The notes: generated by a model from the sequence alone, not told the origin. A DNA stretch of 64,000 bases from Sedimentisphaerales bacterium (GCA_963663965.2 CAXXFK010000007.1:64001-128000), one strand, 5' to 3'. Shown: positions 1-10,211, numbered from the stretch's first letter. Program-made: numbers and translations.

Positions 1-961
1 GACGATCCATTTTGTCGACTGCGGCAAGGATGAGTTCAATATCATGTTTAGCCCTTTCAGGATCCGTTTTATCCTGATCCAGCTCCCGCTTGAGCAGGCT
101 GGCAAACCCGCTGATGGTTACCAGGGGGCTTTTAAGGTCGTGCGATACGGTACCGGCAAACCGTTCCAGTTCCAGATTAACTTTGGCGAGTTGGCCCATC
201 ATGCGGTTTCGTTCAGAGTCATATTTGCGAATCTTGAAAAAGCAATAGCTCAGGCCGGCAAACCCCACCAGCAGTACTAGTGTATACCTGATGATGGTCG
301 AAGTCCAAAGTTGGTGTCGGCGAATCAAGAAACTCTCCATGGGTAAGGCCACCCCGACGCCTCCCCTGATGTCGCCCACTTGATAACCCTGGTTGCCGTG
401 GCATTTTAAGCATCCTTCTGAAACGAGCATTGGTTTCATCAATCGCAAACAGGTTTTTCCATTCAGCTGTGTGAATTCAACCACTTCTTTATCCCCCTGT
501 TCGAACGCCTGTAAGGCACGGGTCTCCCAGGGATCCGGAGCGTTTTTGGGATTTAGCGTTTTCAGACTGGTAATGTGCCCGGCGATACCGTAATAGTTGG
601 AGAAATAGTCATTCATCTGCCGCACCATATAGGCAGGATTCATCAAAGTCAGTTGTTTACCGGATGGCGTGGTAATGTCCCGTTCTGGAACATGAGATAA
701 ATAGGGATTGGCCGGGGTCTGATCCGTCAGGGGAATATAAACTCCGCCGTGCAGGGTGGCCCAGAAACGAAAGGCCTGATCTTTATTGAAGTTGGCCCGG
801 GCGCTGTTGAGGGCCATTTCCTTAGTAGTCAGATAGGTCTGTGTCAAAGAAAAGGCGCATAAAATCAGAATAAGAATGGTCCAGACGGTCCCAAGTAAAG
901 CAAACCTGGACTGATAAGGTTTCTTCGAAGTACGTATCCCGTCTGAAATCCAATTTAACAT
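1..961 (-). CDS. Sensor histidine kinase with extracytoplasmic DUF3365 (Tll0287-like) heme c domain; C-terminus runs off the window edge
   Basis: Not in the ORF track; translated by hand. MLNWISDG..., N-terminal TM, FWATLHGGVY...LTLMNPAYMVRQ (DUF3365-like), heme motif CLKCH, second TM, H-box SHDLKSPL. Confidence 0.85.
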   Translation of the reverse strand, partial: MLNWISDGIRTSKKPYQSRFALLGTVWTILILILCAFSLTQTYLTTKEMALNSARANFNKDQAFRFWATLHGGVYIPLTDQTPANPYLSHVPERDITTPSGKQLTLMNPAYMVRQMNDYFSNYYGIAGHITSLKTLNPKNAPDPWETRALQAFEQGDKEVVEFTQLNGKTCLRLMKPMLVSEGCLKCHGNQGYQVGDIRGGVGVALPMESFLIRRHQLWTSTIIRYTLVLLVGFAGLSYCFFKIRKYDSERNRMMGQLAKVNLELERFAGTVSHDLKSPLVTISGFASLLKRELDQDKTDPERAKHDIELILAAVDKMDR

Positions 962-1167
962 GATAATTCCTTATTGACCATGGCGATTTTAAAATGTTCT
1001 GTTAACAGATCAAGAGTTTTTTTGAAATAATACACAAATTGTTCGTGAGCCGGCTAAGTAATGGCAGGCGCGATAGTTACGGAGAATATTTGATTTTAGC
1101 ATTTAAGGGGGCTATGATGACAATCCTGTGATTAATACTGGCGTACTCGTAAACAGGAGATTCAGGT

Positions 1168-1866
1168 ATGATAGAAGGTGATTTTACTCAGGAAACCTGG
1201 CGTGTGTTTCGTATTATGGCGGAATTCGTGGAGGGTTTTGATGAATTGAGCAAAATGGGGCCGGCGGTATCGATTTTTGGCTCGGCCCGGACGGAGCCGG
1301 AGGATCGCTATTATAAGCTGGCGGAAAAAACCGCTCGTGAGGTGGTCAAGGCGGGATTTGCGGTGATTACCGGCGGCGGCGGCGGGATTATGGAGGCGGC
1401 CAATAAAGGCGCGTATGAATCCGGTGGCACCAGTGTGGGATTGAATATCGAATTGCCCCATGAACAAAAGCCCAACCCGTATCAGAACATTTCGCTGGAA
1501 TTCAAATATTTCTTTGCCCGCAAGATGATGTTTACCAAATACGCGCGCGGATTCATTATTATGCCGGGCGGGTTTGGCACGCTGGATGAGTATTTTGAAT
1601 CACTCACATTGATGCAGACGGTTAAGATGGCCAAGTTTCCGGTGGTAATGATGGGTAGTGATTACTGGCGGGGTCTGCTGGACTGGATTAAGGATGTCAT
1701 GCTGAGAGAAGGAACGATCTCGGAAGAGGATATTGATTTATATAAGCTGACCGATGATCCTGAAGAGGCGGTCCGGTTTATTAAGCAGGGTGAAACCAAA
1801 GCCTGGACCGAGCCGGCCGGGGTAGTCACCCGGCGCCTGGATGGACAGACCGGTTCAGATATTTAG
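1168..1866 (+). CDS. LOG family protein (TIGR00730 Rossmann-fold nucleotide phosphoribohydrolase)
   Basis: SIFGSAR, ITGGGGGIMEAANKGA and PGGFGTLDE motifs; AGGAG RBS upstream. Confidence 0.92.
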   Translation: MIEGDFTQETWRVFRIMAEFVEGFDELSKMGPAVSIFGSARTEPEDRYYKLAEKTAREVVKAGFAVITGGGGGIMEAANKGAYESGGTSVGLNIELPHEQKPNPYQNISLEFKYFFARKMMFTKYARGFIIMPGGFGTLDEYFESLTLMQTVKMAKFPVVMMGSDYWRGLLDWIKDVMLREGTISEEDIDLYKLTDDPEEAVRFIKQGETKAWTEPAGVVTRRLDGQTGSDI

Positions 1867-1920
1867 TTAAGAATAGATTATTTAAGGCGCCTGGCCTTAA
1901 TTTTGAAAGGATGTTGCTCG

Positions 1921-2643
1921 ATGTATTTACTGCCTGCTATCGATTTGCGCGATGGCAAATGTGTGCGTTTGATTCAGGGAGATTATGGCCGTCAGATCGA
2001 CTATGGGGATGATCCGGTGGCCCAGGCCCGGGCTTTTGAACAGGCCGGCGCGTCCTGGCTGCATGTCGTGGATCTCGATGGCGCGCTCAAGGGCGGGCAT
2101 TTTAATCTGGATGTTTTGCAGCGGATTCGCCAGGAGACGCGGTTGAATATCGAGTTGGGGGGCGGCGTGCGGAGCGAAGAGTCAGTGAAAGCATTGCTGG
2201 ATTCAGGAATTACCCGGGCGATTGTGGGCACGCGGGCGCTGGAAGATCTGTCGTGGTTTGAAAAACTGGTGCGCGACTATCCCGGCAAAATTGTGCTGGG
2301 TCTGGATGCCAGAGACGGCCTGATTGCCACGCGCGGCTGGACCGAAACCGGAACCGTTACAGTGGAACAGATGGCCGATACGGTGAACGACTGGCCGCTG
2401 GCGGCGATTGTTTATACGGATATCGCGCGGGATGGGATGCTGACCGGGCCCAATGTTGAGGCGACCGGGCGGCTGGCCAGTCGCTGCAAAGTGGAAGTCA
2501 TTGCGTCCGGCGGCGTTGGTGAACTGGATCATCTGCGCCAGATTACAACGATACCGGTTGGCGGCGTTATCGTCGGGCGAGCATTGTATGAAGGCAAGTT
2601 TACCGTTAAGGAAGCGTTGGCGGTTGTGGAAGGAAAGGAATAG
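1921..2643 (+). CDS. hisA: ProFAR isomerase HisA
   Basis: LPAIDLRDGKCVRLIQG, HVVDLDGA, ELGGGVR, YTDIARDGMLTGPN, IASGGV. ATG at 1921 preferred over the TTG at 1903. Confidence 0.95.
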   Translation: MYLLPAIDLRDGKCVRLIQGDYGRQIDYGDDPVAQARAFEQAGASWLHVVDLDGALKGGHFNLDVLQRIRQETRLNIELGGGVRSEESVKALLDSGITRAIVGTRALEDLSWFEKLVRDYPGKIVLGLDARDGLIATRGWTETGTVTVEQMADTVNDWPLAAIVYTDIARDGMLTGPNVEATGRLASRCKVEVIASGGVGELDHLRQITTIPVGGVIVGRALYEGKFTVKEALAVVEGKE

Positions 2644-2648
2644 GCCGG

Positions 2649-3098
2649 ATGCGAATGGTGGTGCAGCGGGTGACCCGGGCGGCGGTCGAAGTGGATGGCC
2701 AGATCGTCGGGCAGATAGGCCAAGGGTTGCTGGTTTATCTTGGCGTTGGCCATGATGATACGGAAAAAGATTGTGAGTTTATTGCGGACAAGATCGCTCA
2801 TTTGCGCATTTTTGAAGATGATCAGGGGAAGATGAATCGAAGTGTATTGGATATCGGCGGCGCGGTGCTGCTGGTCAGTCAGTTTACCCTTTATGGGGAT
2901 TGCCGCAAGGGCCGCCGGCCGGGTTTCGATGCCGCCGGTGATCCCGCCAGGGCCGATCAATTATATCGGGAGGTAATCCGGCGGGTTCAGCAATTGGGTG
3001 TTCCGGTTGAACAGGGCCGGTTCGCCGCGCATATGAAGGTGTCGAGTGTTAATGACGGACCGGTGACATTTATGCTGGACAGCTCGAGGATATTTTAA
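2649..3098 (+). CDS. dtd: D-aminoacyl-tRNA deacylase
   Basis: MRMVVQRV, LLVSQFTL, KGRRPGF and NDGPVT motifs. Confidence 0.96.
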   Translation: MRMVVQRVTRAAVEVDGQIVGQIGQGLLVYLGVGHDDTEKDCEFIADKIAHLRIFEDDQGKMNRSVLDIGGAVLLVSQFTLYGDCRKGRRPGFDAAGDPARADQLYREVIRRVQQLGVPVEQGRFAAHMKVSSVNDGPVTFMLDSSRIF

Positions 3099-3143
3099 TC
3101 AGTAGCCAGAAGTGATAGCGGATTGAAGCTTATTTACTGCCGG

Positions 3144-4367
3144 CTACAACAGCGGTTCGTGTTTTTCAACCGGAGCGCCTTTTTGAGCGTCTTCGATATT
3201 TTTGAAGGGCGACATACTGCGGAGCCACTGGATTTTGGGCGGCAGGTTGTTGATTACGTAATCGATTTCTTCGGCGGTGGTATTGCGGCTGAGACTAAAG
3301 CGGATCGAACCGTGAACGGCGGTGAAAGGAACGCCCATTGCGCGCAGGACGTGGGAGGGTTCCAGCGAGCCGCTGGTACAGGCCGAGCCGCTGGAGGCGG
3401 CAATGTTCAAATGATCCATCAGCATGAGAATCGCTTCGCCTTCAATCAATTCAAAGCTGATATTGGTGGTATTGGGTAATCGGGAATCACGCGTGCCGTT
3501 AACACGGGTATTGTCGCAGGCTGCGAGAATGCCATTTTCCAGTTTGTCGCGGAGTTGGGCGACCCGGGTTTGTTCATCATGAAGGTATTTTTTGGACAGT
3601 TCACAGGCTTTGCCCAAGCCGACGATGGCGGCCACGTTTTCTGTACCGGCACGCCGGCCATGTTCCTGATGGCCTCCGGTCATATAGGGTTTGAAGCGGG
3701 TGCCCTTGCGGACAAACAAAGCGCCAATGCCCTTGGGGCCGTGCAGCTTATGGCCGGACAGACTTAGCATGTCGACCGTTACTTTTTGCAGGTCAAGCGG
3801 AATTTTGCCAACTGCCTGGACGGCGTCGGTATGGATCGTAACGCCGCGCGACTTGGCGATGGCCGCCAGCCGGGCCATGGGAAAAATGACACCGGTTTCA
3901 TTGTTGGCGTACATGATAGTGACAATTGCGGTTTCGTCGGCAATCGCCTGCAGGAGATGATCGGGGTCGAGCCGGCCCTCTTCATTGACGGGCAACTCGG
4001 TTAAACGGCATCCTTTTTTCTGCCAGATACGGCAGGTGGTGCGAATGGCGGGATGTTCCACGCGACTGGTGATAATGTGGCGCTTGTTGGCATCGACATC
4101 CAGGGCGCCGACAACCGCAGTAATATCGCTTTCGGTGCCGCCGCTGGTAAAGATGATTTCTTCCGGATGGCAGTTGAGCAGATCGGCGACCTGCTGGCGC
4201 GCTTCATCGATTTTATGCCGGAGATGGCCGCCGAATGAATGCATACTGGAGGCATTACCATAATGCTTGGTCAGGTAAGGCATCATGACCTCCAGCACTT
4301 CCGGATCCATTGGGGTGGTGGCGTTATTATCGAAATAGACGACATCTTGTCTGCGGGTATCGGTCAT
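3144..4367 (-). CDS. nifS: Cysteine desulfurase NifS/IscS
   Basis: YFDNNATT, FTSGGTES, HTDAVQ, SLSGHK (PLP Lys), SSGSACTS catalytic Cys. Directly downstream of nifU; start at MTDTRRQ preferred. Confidence 0.93.
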   Translation of the reverse strand: MTDTRRQDVVYFDNNATTPMDPEVLEVMMPYLTKHYGNASSMHSFGGHLRHKIDEARQQVADLLNCHPEEIIFTSGGTESDITAVVGALDVDANKRHIITSRVEHPAIRTTCRIWQKKGCRLTELPVNEEGRLDPDHLLQAIADETAIVTIMYANNETGVIFPMARLAAIAKSRGVTIHTDAVQAVGKIPLDLQKVTVDMLSLSGHKLHGPKGIGALFVRKGTRFKPYMTGGHQEHGRRAGTENVAAIVGLGKACELSKKYLHDEQTRVAQLRDKLENGILAACDNTRVNGTRDSRLPNTTNISFELIEGEAILMLMDHLNIAASSGSACTSGSLEPSHVLRAMGVPFTAVHGSIRFSLSRNTTAEEIDYVINNLPPKIQWLRSMSPFKNIEDAQKGAPVEKHEPLL

Positions 4368-4404
4368 GATAATCCTTATAAAAAAGGGGAAATAAAATCG
4401 ATGG

Positions 4405-5259
4405 TTATTTTTGTTCGACAACTACCAGATCGTCACTGACAAATTCGCGTAATCGTTTCTGGACTACCTCGGCCAGGGTAAATTCGGCGACCTGGCACTG
4501 GGAACACATGCCGCGTAAAGCGATGATAACGTTGTTGCCATCGACATCGATCAATTCCAGATCGCCGCCATCGGCCTGAAGCGCCGGGCGAACCTGCTGA
4601 TCGAGGGTTTGTTCGATCAGTTTGATTTTTTGTATGGTGGTCAGTTTGTCCGGGTGTTTGGGTTCGGGCTTGACGGGAATAAAGGTTGAATCAACCTCGG
4701 CGCGGACCAGGTCGATCAATTGCTCGATCTCTTTGTGGCAGCCGCCGCAGCCCCCCCCGGCCTTGCAGTAGTTGGTCACATCTTCTACGGTTTTAAGGTT
4801 GTTTTCGGCGACAACATGGCGAATTTCATCTTCGGTTACACCATAACACGTACAGATGACATGTCCCTTCAGCTCATGCTTGATGGTCCCGCCGCTGTGA
4901 TAATTTTCAACAGCCGCCTCGAGCGCTTCGCGGCCCATAACCGAACAGTGCATTTTCTGTTCGGGCAGTCCCCCCAGATAATCGGCGATATCCTTATTGG
5001 TGACCTGAAGGGCCTCATCGAGGGTTTTGCCTTTGATCAGTTCGGTCAGGGCGGAAGATGACGCAATGGCGCTGCCGCAGCCGAAGGTCTGAAATTTTAC
5101 ATCAGAGATTCGCCCATCATCATCCAGCTTGAACATTAACTTGAGCGCATCGCCGCAGGCCAGCGATCCAACCTCGCCGACGCCATCAGGATTATCAATT
5201 TCTCCGACGTTGCGGGGATTAAAAAAATGCTCTTTTACTTTATCGGTATAGTCCCACAT
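4405..5259 (-). CDS. nifU: Fe-S cluster assembly scaffold NifU (IscU + BFD-like [2Fe-2S] + Nfu domains)
   Basis: ACGD, FGCGSA and MHCS cysteines; CTC...CGGC BFD domain; C-terminal LQADGGDLEL...GMCSQC. Confidence 0.95.
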   Translation of the reverse strand: MWDYTDKVKEHFFNPRNVGEIDNPDGVGEVGSLACGDALKLMFKLDDDGRISDVKFQTFGCGSAIASSSALTELIKGKTLDEALQVTNKDIADYLGGLPEQKMHCSVMGREALEAAVENYHSGGTIKHELKGHVICTCYGVTEDEIRHVVAENNLKTVEDVTNYCKAGGGCGGCHKEIEQLIDLVRAEVDSTFIPVKPEPKHPDKLTTIQKIKLIEQTLDQQVRPALQADGGDLELIDVDGNNVIIALRGMCSQCQVAEFTLAEVVQKRLREFVSDDLVVVEQK

Positions 5260-5348
5260 GAAGGCAGGTCCTTTCTGTTTCGTTCATAAAACAGTGAATA
5301 ATATTTCCACTTTAACATTAAGTTGAATGCTTACTTAACATACATTTT

Positions 5349-5377
5349 ATTATAGTACGATTTGAATCTATTGTCCA
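5349..5377 (-). promoter_or_regulatory. Sigma70-type promoter for nifU-nifS
   Basis: Minus strand TGGACA-N17-TATAAT about 90 bp upstream of nifU. Confidence 0.65.
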
Positions 5378-5571
5378 TTTTACTACGAAATTTCAGAGAT
5401 TAGATTGAGCCGTTTTATGGTCTGATAAGGCAGAAAGGCGAGCTGTGCCATAAGTGTTTAAAAATAAAGGTATTAAAAGTGGCCGTCTAATTGTCAACAA
5501 AATAATATACACTGTGTATTATATTTTCCCCGTTCGCTCTTTATAGCTGTTTCAAGATATTTGAGGATGGC

Positions 5572-5601
5572 TTGACAAACAGTCGGCTGGATTGTTAAAA
5601 T
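5572..5601 (+). promoter_or_regulatory. Sigma70-type promoter for feoAB
   Basis: TTGACA-N18-TAAAAT with extended TG motif. Confidence 0.7.
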
Positions 5602-5617
5602 GTTAGACTAAACTAAC
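5602..5617. promoter_or_regulatory. Putative DtxR/SirR/MntR-family metal-repressor operator
   Basis: Inverted repeat GTTAG-ACTAAA-CTAAC immediately after the feoAB -10; resembles TTAG-N6-CTAA DtxR-family boxes. Confidence 0.55.
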
Positions 5618-5671
5618 TTTTGCGTATAACCGATAAAATTTACAGAGAGAAAGTTAAGAGGTCTAACTTTT

Positions 5672-5920
5672 ATGGCCCCAACATTGTTTGATCTGGTAAC
5701 TGGCGATCATGCCCGGATAGTGCGAGTGCACAAACAGGGTGAGTCTGAATTGCGCCGGCGCTTACTGGATATGGGGGTCACGCGCGGGTCGGAGTTAATG
5801 GTGGAGCGCCATGCCCCGCTGGGCGATCCAGTTGAAATTTCCATTAAGGGTTATTATCTTGCTTTAAGAATGCGTGAGGCGCAACAAATCGAAGTCGAGA
5901 TCATCGCTCCTGGGGTCTGA
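5672..5920 (+). CDS. feoA: Ferrous iron transport protein A
   Basis: LRRRLLDMGV...APLGDPVEI...LALRMREA; precedes feoB. Confidence 0.95.
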   Translation: MAPTLFDLVTGDHARIVRVHKQGESELRRRLLDMGVTRGSELMVERHAPLGDPVEISIKGYYLALRMREAQQIEVEIIAPGV

Positions 5921-5997
5921 AATTTTGAAATTACCTGCCGGCCCATGAAAACTTGCGATTCCATCCAGAAATAATAAGGTTTTAAACATATCATCCT

Positions 5998-8148
5998 ATG
6001 CCATTACCCCCCAAAACCATTGCGTTAGCCGGTAATCCCAATGCGGGTAAAACCTCGATTTTTAATGAGATGACCGGTTCCGCCCAACAAGTCAGCAATT
6101 ATCCTGGCGTTACGGTTGAGCGGAAAGAAGGCATGATGCGCTGTGGTTGCGGGCGTGTTCGGGTGATCGATCTGCCGGGTACCTATTCGCTGAGCGCCTA
6201 TTCACCAGAGGAAGTTATCGCGCGCGATGTGATAATCAATGACCAGCCCGACCTGGTAGTGAACATTATTGACGCGTCTAATCTGGAGCGTAATTTGTAT
6301 TTGACCATCCAGCTGATGGAATTACGCCCGGAAATGATCCTCGTGCTGAATATGATCGATCGGGCAGAGAAAAATGGATTGGCGATCGATATTGAGAAAA
6401 TGTCGAAATTGCTGGGGGTTGGAGTGGTAACGACCATTGCCAATCGGTCCGAAGGGATCAAAAAGCTGGTTTGCCAGTGTGATCAAGCCATGAACCAGAC
6501 CGGGCACACGCCCCCGGCGTTGATTACCTATGGCCATCCCATAGACGAAGTGATCGGCAGGGTTCAAGCCGTAATTGAAAGCGCCATTGGCAATACCGGC
6601 CGCTATCAGTCCCGTTGGCTGGCGGTTAAATTGATCGAAGGTGAAGACCAGGTAATTCGTCTGGTACAAACCATGGCCCGCGAACATTATGGCGAAATTA
6701 ATCAAGCGGTAAACCGGGCAGCGAAACATATCGAGGACCATTTTAATGATGATGTGGCTTCGATCATTGCTGAGCGCCGGTTTGGCTTTGCCGCGGGAGT
6801 CGTGCGTGAATGCGTGACACTTCGGGGCCAGGCGCGCCAGCAGGCAACAGATCAGATCGATGAAATCGTATGTCACAAAGTATTTGGGCCGCTTATTCTG
6901 GTGGCGGCGGTCACCGCATTATTTTTTGCTGTATTCAAATTATCCGATGAATGGCGGTGGATTCCCTGGCTGTCCGGTATGGTCAGTCCAACTGGTTTGG
7001 TGGAAATGTTTTTTGGGTGGCTGTCCGGCTTGATTGCCCCGATGGCCCAATCGATGCCAACTTTGCACTCGATTCTTGATGACGCCGTTATTGGCGGCGT
7101 GGGCGGAGTGTTGGGGTTTGTTCCATTGATTTTTATCATGTTCTTTTTTATTGGCATTTTAGAGGACTGTGGTTATGTCGCCCGTGTTGCCTTTATTATG
7201 GACCGGATTTTACGGATATTTGGATTGCAGGGTAAATCGATATTGCCGATGATAGTTGCCGGCGGTCTGGGGGCGGGCGGATGTGCCGTTCCGGCAGTCA
7301 TGGCAACGCGGATTCTGCGCGATGAAAAAGACCGGCTCATTACCATGCTGGTCGTGCCTTTTATGAATTGCGGCGCCAAATTGCCGGTGTTTGCCATGTT
7401 AATCGCGGCGTTCTTCCCCCATGCGCGAACCCGGGCCATGCTGGGGCTGTGGGTTTTGTCCTGGGTGGTGGCGCTGATTTGTGCCCTGATTCTCCGTAAA
7501 TGGGTTATTAAGGGCGAGCAGACTCCGTTTGTGATGGAATTGCCATCGTATCATATCCCAATGGTAAAGGGTGTATTGCGACATTCCATTGAACGGACCT
7601 GGTTGTATATCAAAAAGGCCGGCACGATCATTCTGGCAGTGAATCTGTTGGTATGGGCGGCTATGTCGTTTCCTAAACTGCCCCAGGAGCAGGCAGTCAA
7701 TGATCTGGGTCAGCCATTGGCAGCTGTTGAACTGGCGGAAAAAGAGTTGGGGTATAGCTTTGCCGGGCGAATCGGTCACGCATTAGAACCGTTGAGCGAA
7801 TGGGCCGGCTTTGATTGGCGCACCAATATTGCACTGGCCAGTGGATTTGCGGCCAAGGAACTCATTGTCAGCGCGATGGGAACGGTGTATTCGATCAGCG
7901 AACAGGGGGAAGGTGAACCCTTTAATTTATCGCAGCATCTGGCCGAGAGTCCGCAATGGGGACCGGTGCGGGCGTTTGCCCTGATGGTGTTTGTGATGTT
8001 GTATGCTCCCTGTCTGGCGACCGTGGCGGTAATTCGGCGCGAGAGCAACTCCTGGAAGTGGCCGGCGTTTTCCGTTTTCTGGTCCACGTTTCTGGCGTTC
8101 GTGCTGGCCGTGGTCATTTATCAGCTTGGGAATATAGTCATTCCGTAG
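5998..8148 (+). CDS. feoB: Ferrous iron transport protein B
   Basis: G-domain motifs GNPNAGKT, NYPGVTVE, DLPGTYS, NMID; multi-TM domain with PFMNCGAKLPV and FVMELPSY. Confidence 0.97.
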   Translation: MPLPPKTIALAGNPNAGKTSIFNEMTGSAQQVSNYPGVTVERKEGMMRCGCGRVRVIDLPGTYSLSAYSPEEVIARDVIINDQPDLVVNIIDASNLERNLYLTIQLMELRPEMILVLNMIDRAEKNGLAIDIEKMSKLLGVGVVTTIANRSEGIKKLVCQCDQAMNQTGHTPPALITYGHPIDEVIGRVQAVIESAIGNTGRYQSRWLAVKLIEGEDQVIRLVQTMAREHYGEINQAVNRAAKHIEDHFNDDVASIIAERRFGFAAGVVRECVTLRGQARQQATDQIDEIVCHKVFGPLILVAAVTALFFAVFKLSDEWRWIPWLSGMVSPTGLVEMFFGWLSGLIAPMAQSMPTLHSILDDAVIGGVGGVLGFVPLIFIMFFFIGILEDCGYVARVAFIMDRILRIFGLQGKSILPMIVAGGLGAGGCAVPAVMATRILRDEKDRLITMLVVPFMNCGAKLPVFAMLIAAFFPHARTRAMLGLWVLSWVVALICALILRKWVIKGEQTPFVMELPSYHIPMVKGVLRHSIERTWLYIKKAGTIILAVNLLVWAAMSFPKLPQEQAVNDLGQPLAAVELAEKELGYSFAGRIGHALEPLSEWAGFDWRTNIALASGFAAKELIVSAMGTVYSISEQGEGEPFNLSQHLAESPQWGPVRAFALMVFVMLYAPCLATVAVIRRESNSWKWPAFSVFWSTFLAFVLAVVIYQLGNIVIP

Positions 8149-8333
8149 TTACCCGGCATCAAGGTATGGGCGCCACAACCCGGGGATGGGCGGGCCAGGT
8201 CGGCCTTTGAAGTCCATTTGGAATCAATTTGGTTCCTTGTATAGGATTGACTTTTATAACGGGTATCAGGATAATTGGGCGTCACGTTGTTTTGCTTTAA
8301 ATCCATTTTCCCGGCATTGGAAGGAGGCCTGTT

Positions 8334-10211
8334 GTGAAGTTTCGACCGAATGCGGAAATGTTGGATGATTATCCCGGAGCCATCATGATCGTTGCGATAA
8401 TTCTGATGGGGCTGACATCAATCGCCATGGCCATCGAGGGTCTGGGTAATGAAGAGAATCCCTATTTGATTAAGAATTTGAGTGATTTTTATACCTTTGT
8501 AGACTCAAGCAATATGACAACCTTTTGGAAAGCGGGTGTTTTTATCCGTTTAGATGTCGATATTGATCTCGAAGACAAAGTTTTTGACAAAGCGCTTATT
8601 GCTCCGGATCAAAGTTCCGATTCCGGATATCAGGGTTATGGCTTCAGCGGCGATTTTGATGGGAATGGCCATCGTATTATCAAAGTGACTATTCAAACCG
8701 GCGAGACAAGCTCTGATGACTGTCTGGGCGTGTGGGGCCAGATTAATGCGGCCGGCGTTGTTCACGATCTGGCGATTCAGACGATCAATATTGCCGGCAG
8801 TAATAACAGTAGTTTTGTGGGCGGTTTGTGTGGTATTAATCTCGGTGTGGTCGAGCGTTGTTGTGTGGCAGGAGACGCAGTTCGCGGCCTGGCTTCTATA
8901 GGCGGGATCTGCGGCAAGAATTCCGGGACAATTACCGATTGCTACACCCATAGTGACGTGGAAGGCCTGGCAAGCAGTAATTATCTGGGCGGATGTTGTG
9001 GTACCAACTGGTATGGTGGTGTTATCGAGAACTGCTACTGTACCGGCCTGATCAGCGGAAATGGATTTCGCGGCGGTTTCTGTGGTTACAACCTGGGATC
9101 CATCGTGACCTGTTTCTGGGACAAAGAATCATCGGAAATGACCATGGGGGTTGGTAAAACCCAGGGGGGCACATCGACAATTTCGGGCCTGACTTGTGAA
9201 GAGATGGCCGAGATGGAGCATTTTAAAACCGCCGGCTGGGATTTTGAGGGCAGTCCGCCAGTGTGGATCGAGGGAGATTATGGACCGCAATTGTTCTGGC
9301 AGGTGGATGCAGAAGATCTGATATGGGAAGGCGATCTGGAACTGGTATTGGAACAAGGTGAAACGCGGCTGCTTAAAATAACGCTTACGAATCAGGCGGT
9401 TAGTGAGATTGTCTGGTTGCTCAGTAATTATAAGGGATGTCCCTGGATCCGGGCCATCAATCCGCTGGGTGGCACGCTGGCCGCTCAGGCTTCGACCGAT
9501 GTGTGGATTACGATAGACAGCGCCGATCTTGAGCGGGGTGAGTATCAACGCACGCTTTATTTGAATTTTAATGGCCAGTCTGTTCCATTGGATACGCTGC
9601 TTACGATAGATAATCGGATCGATCTGGAAGAATTGGGCGACCTGTCCCGCTTCTGGCTCGAAGATGATTGTGTTAACACCAGCGATTGTGCCGCGATTGA
9701 CTGGCACAAAGACGGTAAGATTAACCTGATCGATTTGATTTTGCTGACAGGCAGCTGGCTGGAAGCCAGACCGGTATTTCGTTTGTTTGATGCTTTTGAG
9801 AGTAATAATTTATATTTGCTGAACTGGATAACTGCCAGTGATGGGACCGGGTGGTTTGCAACCGATGAAGGCGCCTGGCGTGGCAATTATTGTGCCCGAT
9901 CTGGCCTGATCGAAGACGGCAAATCCAGCCGCTTATCATTAACGCTCGACCTGACCGGCGTTGAAGTTAATGCGGTTGGTTTTGCCCGGCGAGTGTCGTC
10001 TGAGCCGGATTATGACTGGCTACGGTTTTATATAGACGATTCTTTAATTGAGCAATGGTCGGGCTTGCAGGAGTGGAAATATGTCACCTATCCTGTCACG
10101 CCGGGCGTTCGTGAATTTAAATGGGAGTATGTTAAGGACGAAGCCTTTCAAGGCTATGATGATGCTGCCTGGATTGACGATTTCGAGCTGTACCTGGCGA
10201 CAGAAGAGTAA
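8334..10211 (+). CDS. Secreted GLUG-motif protein with internal dockerin-like repeats and a C-terminal beta-sandwich domain
   Basis: Hydrophobic signal region; FSGDFDGNGH and repeated VGGLCGIN/IGGICGKN/LGGCCGTN GLUG-like motifs; IDWHKDGKINLIDL...SWL. Start may be 8385. Confidence 0.75.
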   Translation: MKFRPNAEMLDDYPGAIMIVAIILMGLTSIAMAIEGLGNEENPYLIKNLSDFYTFVDSSNMTTFWKAGVFIRLDVDIDLEDKVFDKALIAPDQSSDSGYQGYGFSGDFDGNGHRIIKVTIQTGETSSDDCLGVWGQINAAGVVHDLAIQTINIAGSNNSSFVGGLCGINLGVVERCCVAGDAVRGLASIGGICGKNSGTITDCYTHSDVEGLASSNYLGGCCGTNWYGGVIENCYCTGLISGNGFRGGFCGYNLGSIVTCFWDKESSEMTMGVGKTQGGTSTISGLTCEEMAEMEHFKTAGWDFEGSPPVWIEGDYGPQLFWQVDAEDLIWEGDLELVLEQGETRLLKITLTNQAVSEIVWLLSNYKGCPWIRAINPLGGTLAAQASTDVWITIDSADLERGEYQRTLYLNFNGQSVPLDTLLTIDNRIDLEELGDLSRFWLEDDCVNTSDCAAIDWHKDGKINLIDLILLTGSWLEARPVFRLFDAFESNNLYLLNWITASDGTGWFATDEGAWRGNYCARSGLIEDGKSSRLSLTLDLTGVEVNAVGFARRVSSEPDYDWLRFYIDDSLIEQWSGLQEWKYVTYPVTPGVREFKWEYVKDEAFQGYDDAAWIDDFELYLATEE

